This document shows positions 34,454 through 35,717 of a stretch of 35,717 nucleotides of DNA, in pieces. Position 1 is the stretch's first letter, and every line of letters begins with the position of its first letter. The stretch covers positions 1-35,717 of IMG/VR virus record IMGVR_UViG_3300012942_000089. One strand, 5' to 3'. Source of the DNA: a virus (Duplodnaviria > Caudoviricetes). A program made the position numbers and the translations under genes. The notes beneath the pieces are model-generated. The model did no database searches. It worked only from the letters and a program-made list of their open reading frames with translations, and had not been told where the DNA came from.

Positions 34454-35494
34454 TTAACGCTTCAAAATCCCTGCCAGGGGGCTACTCGCACGGTGCTGGT
34501 TCTCTAAATCGGCGCTTGCCAGTTTCGCGTACGTTTGAACCATTTCCAGCTTTTCATGTCCCAACATCAATTGTAAAGCCAGCAAATTGCCTCCACGTCG
34601 CAAAAACTCAATAGCAAAAGTGTGGCGACAGGTATGAGGTGAAACGCGGACGTCGGTAATTCCCGTCATCGTTTCCAAGCGCTCAAAAAATTGCAAGAGG
34701 CCGGATCGCGTAAGAGGTTTCCGGCTTCCACGCAAGCCGCGATTTCCGGTGAAAAGAAAATCGTCTGGTTTCACATCATCGTCTCGCAAATGCCGCCAAA
34801 TGGCGCGTGTGGCGTCAGTGTCAAAAGGCACGGTTCGCACTTTATCGCCTTTCCCGCGCACAGTCACATTACCTAAATTTTTATTCATTGTCAGATCGCG
34901 CAAACGTATTCCGCAAAGCTCGCTGGCGCGGATTCCGGTGTCAATCATGAGCGACACAATAGCAACGTCGCGGGCGGGCGCTGTGGTGCGCCTGGCGGCG
35001 TCAAGGAGTAGCAAAACGTGGTCTGGTGTGAACGGGCGGACGTTGGGTTTTTTGGGCTTTGGAACGGTAATTCCCTCGACCGGTGAATCTGCCAGGATAC
35101 CTTCGTTGACGAGCCAACGGAAATAGGTTCGCAGATTGATGAAATATACTTCCACAGCACGGACAGAAAGTTGCTTACTGCGACGTGGGTTTCCCCAACG
35201 ACCGGCGGGCAAATTATGAGAATTGGTCAAATACCCAATATAGGCTTTGATGTCGTAGGGAGTTATTTCGGTTTTACTGGTTTCGTTGAGCCACCAAATA
35301 AACCGCTCCAACGCTAAAGTCTTAATCTCAATCGTGCGCGGGGACATGCGATTATACTCCGCGTCAACAATCCAGTCTTTGACGTGATATATAACTTTTT
35401 GTGTTGTGACAGTACTTTCTGGTGCGATACGTTGACCAGCAACGAGGCGAAACGGCTGCCTCTGATTCTTCCAAACAGGCGGTGTAACTTGCAT
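34454..35494 (-). CDS. int: Tyrosine recombinase / phage integrase
   Basis: TGIRASEL (R), GKGDK (K), HTCRH (HxxR), LGH and Y catalytic residues; SAM-like N domain; GGAG RBS supports ATG 35494. Confidence 0.93.
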   Translation of the reverse strand: MQVTPPVWKNQRQPFRLVAGQRIAPESTVTTQKVIYHVKDWIVDAEYNRMSPRTIEIKTLALERFIWWLNETSKTEITPYDIKAYIGYLTNSHNLPAGRWGNPRRSKQLSVRAVEVYFINLRTYFRWLVNEGILADSPVEGITVPKPKKPNVRPFTPDHVLLLLDAARRTTAPARDVAIVSLMIDTGIRASELCGIRLRDLTMNKNLGNVTVRGKGDKVRTVPFDTDATRAIWRHLRDDDVKPDDFLFTGNRGLRGSRKPLTRSGLLQFFERLETMTGITDVRVSPHTCRHTFAIEFLRRGGNLLALQLMLGHEKLEMVQTYAKLASADLENQHRASSPLAGILKR

Positions 35495-35549
35495 TTTAAT
35501 CTCCAAAAGTGTGTATTTGAAGATCAAACGCCCCAAGCGTAAATGCAAT

Positions 35550-35593
35550 AAACCCTTATACAGCACGGCTACAGTCTTATATAGTAAGGGTTT
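35550..35593. repeat. Inverted repeat between tRNA 3' end and integrase
   Basis: AAACCCTTA (35550-58) / TAAGGGTTT (35585-93). Confidence 0.6.
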
Positions 35594-35596
35594 TAA

Positions 35597-35670
<74 letters not shown>

Positions 35671-35685
35671 TAACTGCGGGATTAT

Positions 35686-35694
35686 ATTATACCA
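35686..35694 (-). promoter_or_regulatory. Extended -10 promoter (TGnTATAAT) of tRNA-Pro
   Basis: Minus strand TGGTATAAT about 15 nt upstream of the tRNA. Confidence 0.65.
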
Positions 35695-35717
35695 GTTGCA
35701 CTTGCGGTGCACCATCG

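Larger units (their letters stand above)
1388..34454. repeat. Dispersed highly iterated palindrome AAAGTACTTT (at least 24 copies)
   Basis: Starts at 1388, 1745, 2455, 2607, 3267, 9631, 12790, 13573, 14887, 18472, 19006, 21167, 22435, 22605, 23301, 23585, 28126, 28646, 30328, 31485, 32126, 33897, 34044, 34445 (manual count). Confidence 0.95.

Noticed and set aside
1388-34454. Palindrome as a cloning/assembly artefact (ScaI site) or amino-acid motif
   Set aside because: Copies sit in intact ORFs without disrupting frames, have conserved flanks beyond AGTACT and occur in three phases.
1388-34454. Palindrome as a classical stoperator or Chi-like site
   Set aside because: Those are asymmetric and oriented; this motif is symmetric and mostly intragenic. 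A repressor role is not fully excluded.
34405-35160. Short ORFs overlapping the integrase, and the many minus-strand ORFs under structural genes
   Set aside because: Shadow frames of well-supported genes, lacking RBS or recognisable motifs.
34454-35494. Host XerC/XerD
   Set aside because: Adjacent to a tRNA 3' end and contiguous with phage genes; more consistent with an element integrase.
35495-35566. Longer N-termini given in the ORF track (int from 35566; likewise 529, 1133, 4200, 23672, 25028, 32203, 33927)
   Set aside because: Downstream ATGs have better SD sequences or stop-start coupling; the 25028 TTG is the -35 box.

Overview
Almost the whole window is the right part of a temperate, siphovirus-like prophage integrated at a tRNA-Pro(TGG) gene (35597-35670, minus). 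The order is: truncated DNA methyltransferase, lysis cassette (holin-like, NlpC/P60 endolysin), small accessory genes, TerS/TerL/portal/minor head/scaffold/decoration/major capsid, head-tail and tail genes, tape measure, tail tip/fibre genes, a leftward accessory operon, a tyrosine integrase and the tRNA. Four signals stand out. (1) The palindrome AAAGTACTTT (consensus RAAAGTACTTTY) occurs at least 24 times by manual count versus about 0.03 expected, in all three codon phases and at gene stops, like an unnamed HIP1/uptake/nucleoid-type signal. (2) A 200-aa gene before the terminase ends in a Cas6 C-terminal half with the glycine loop; its N-terminal half resembles type IV Csf1 from recall, and there is no CRISPR array. 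(3) An AcrVA2/FinQ-like gene followed by an HTH gene forms an acr-aca-like operon with a structured leader. (4) A divergent, overlapping, apparently leaderless promoter pair with an RHH repressor sits in front of a 1.3-kaa Ig/PKD/FN3 protein inside the tail module. All family assignments come from motif recognition without database searches; the host cannot be identified from this window.
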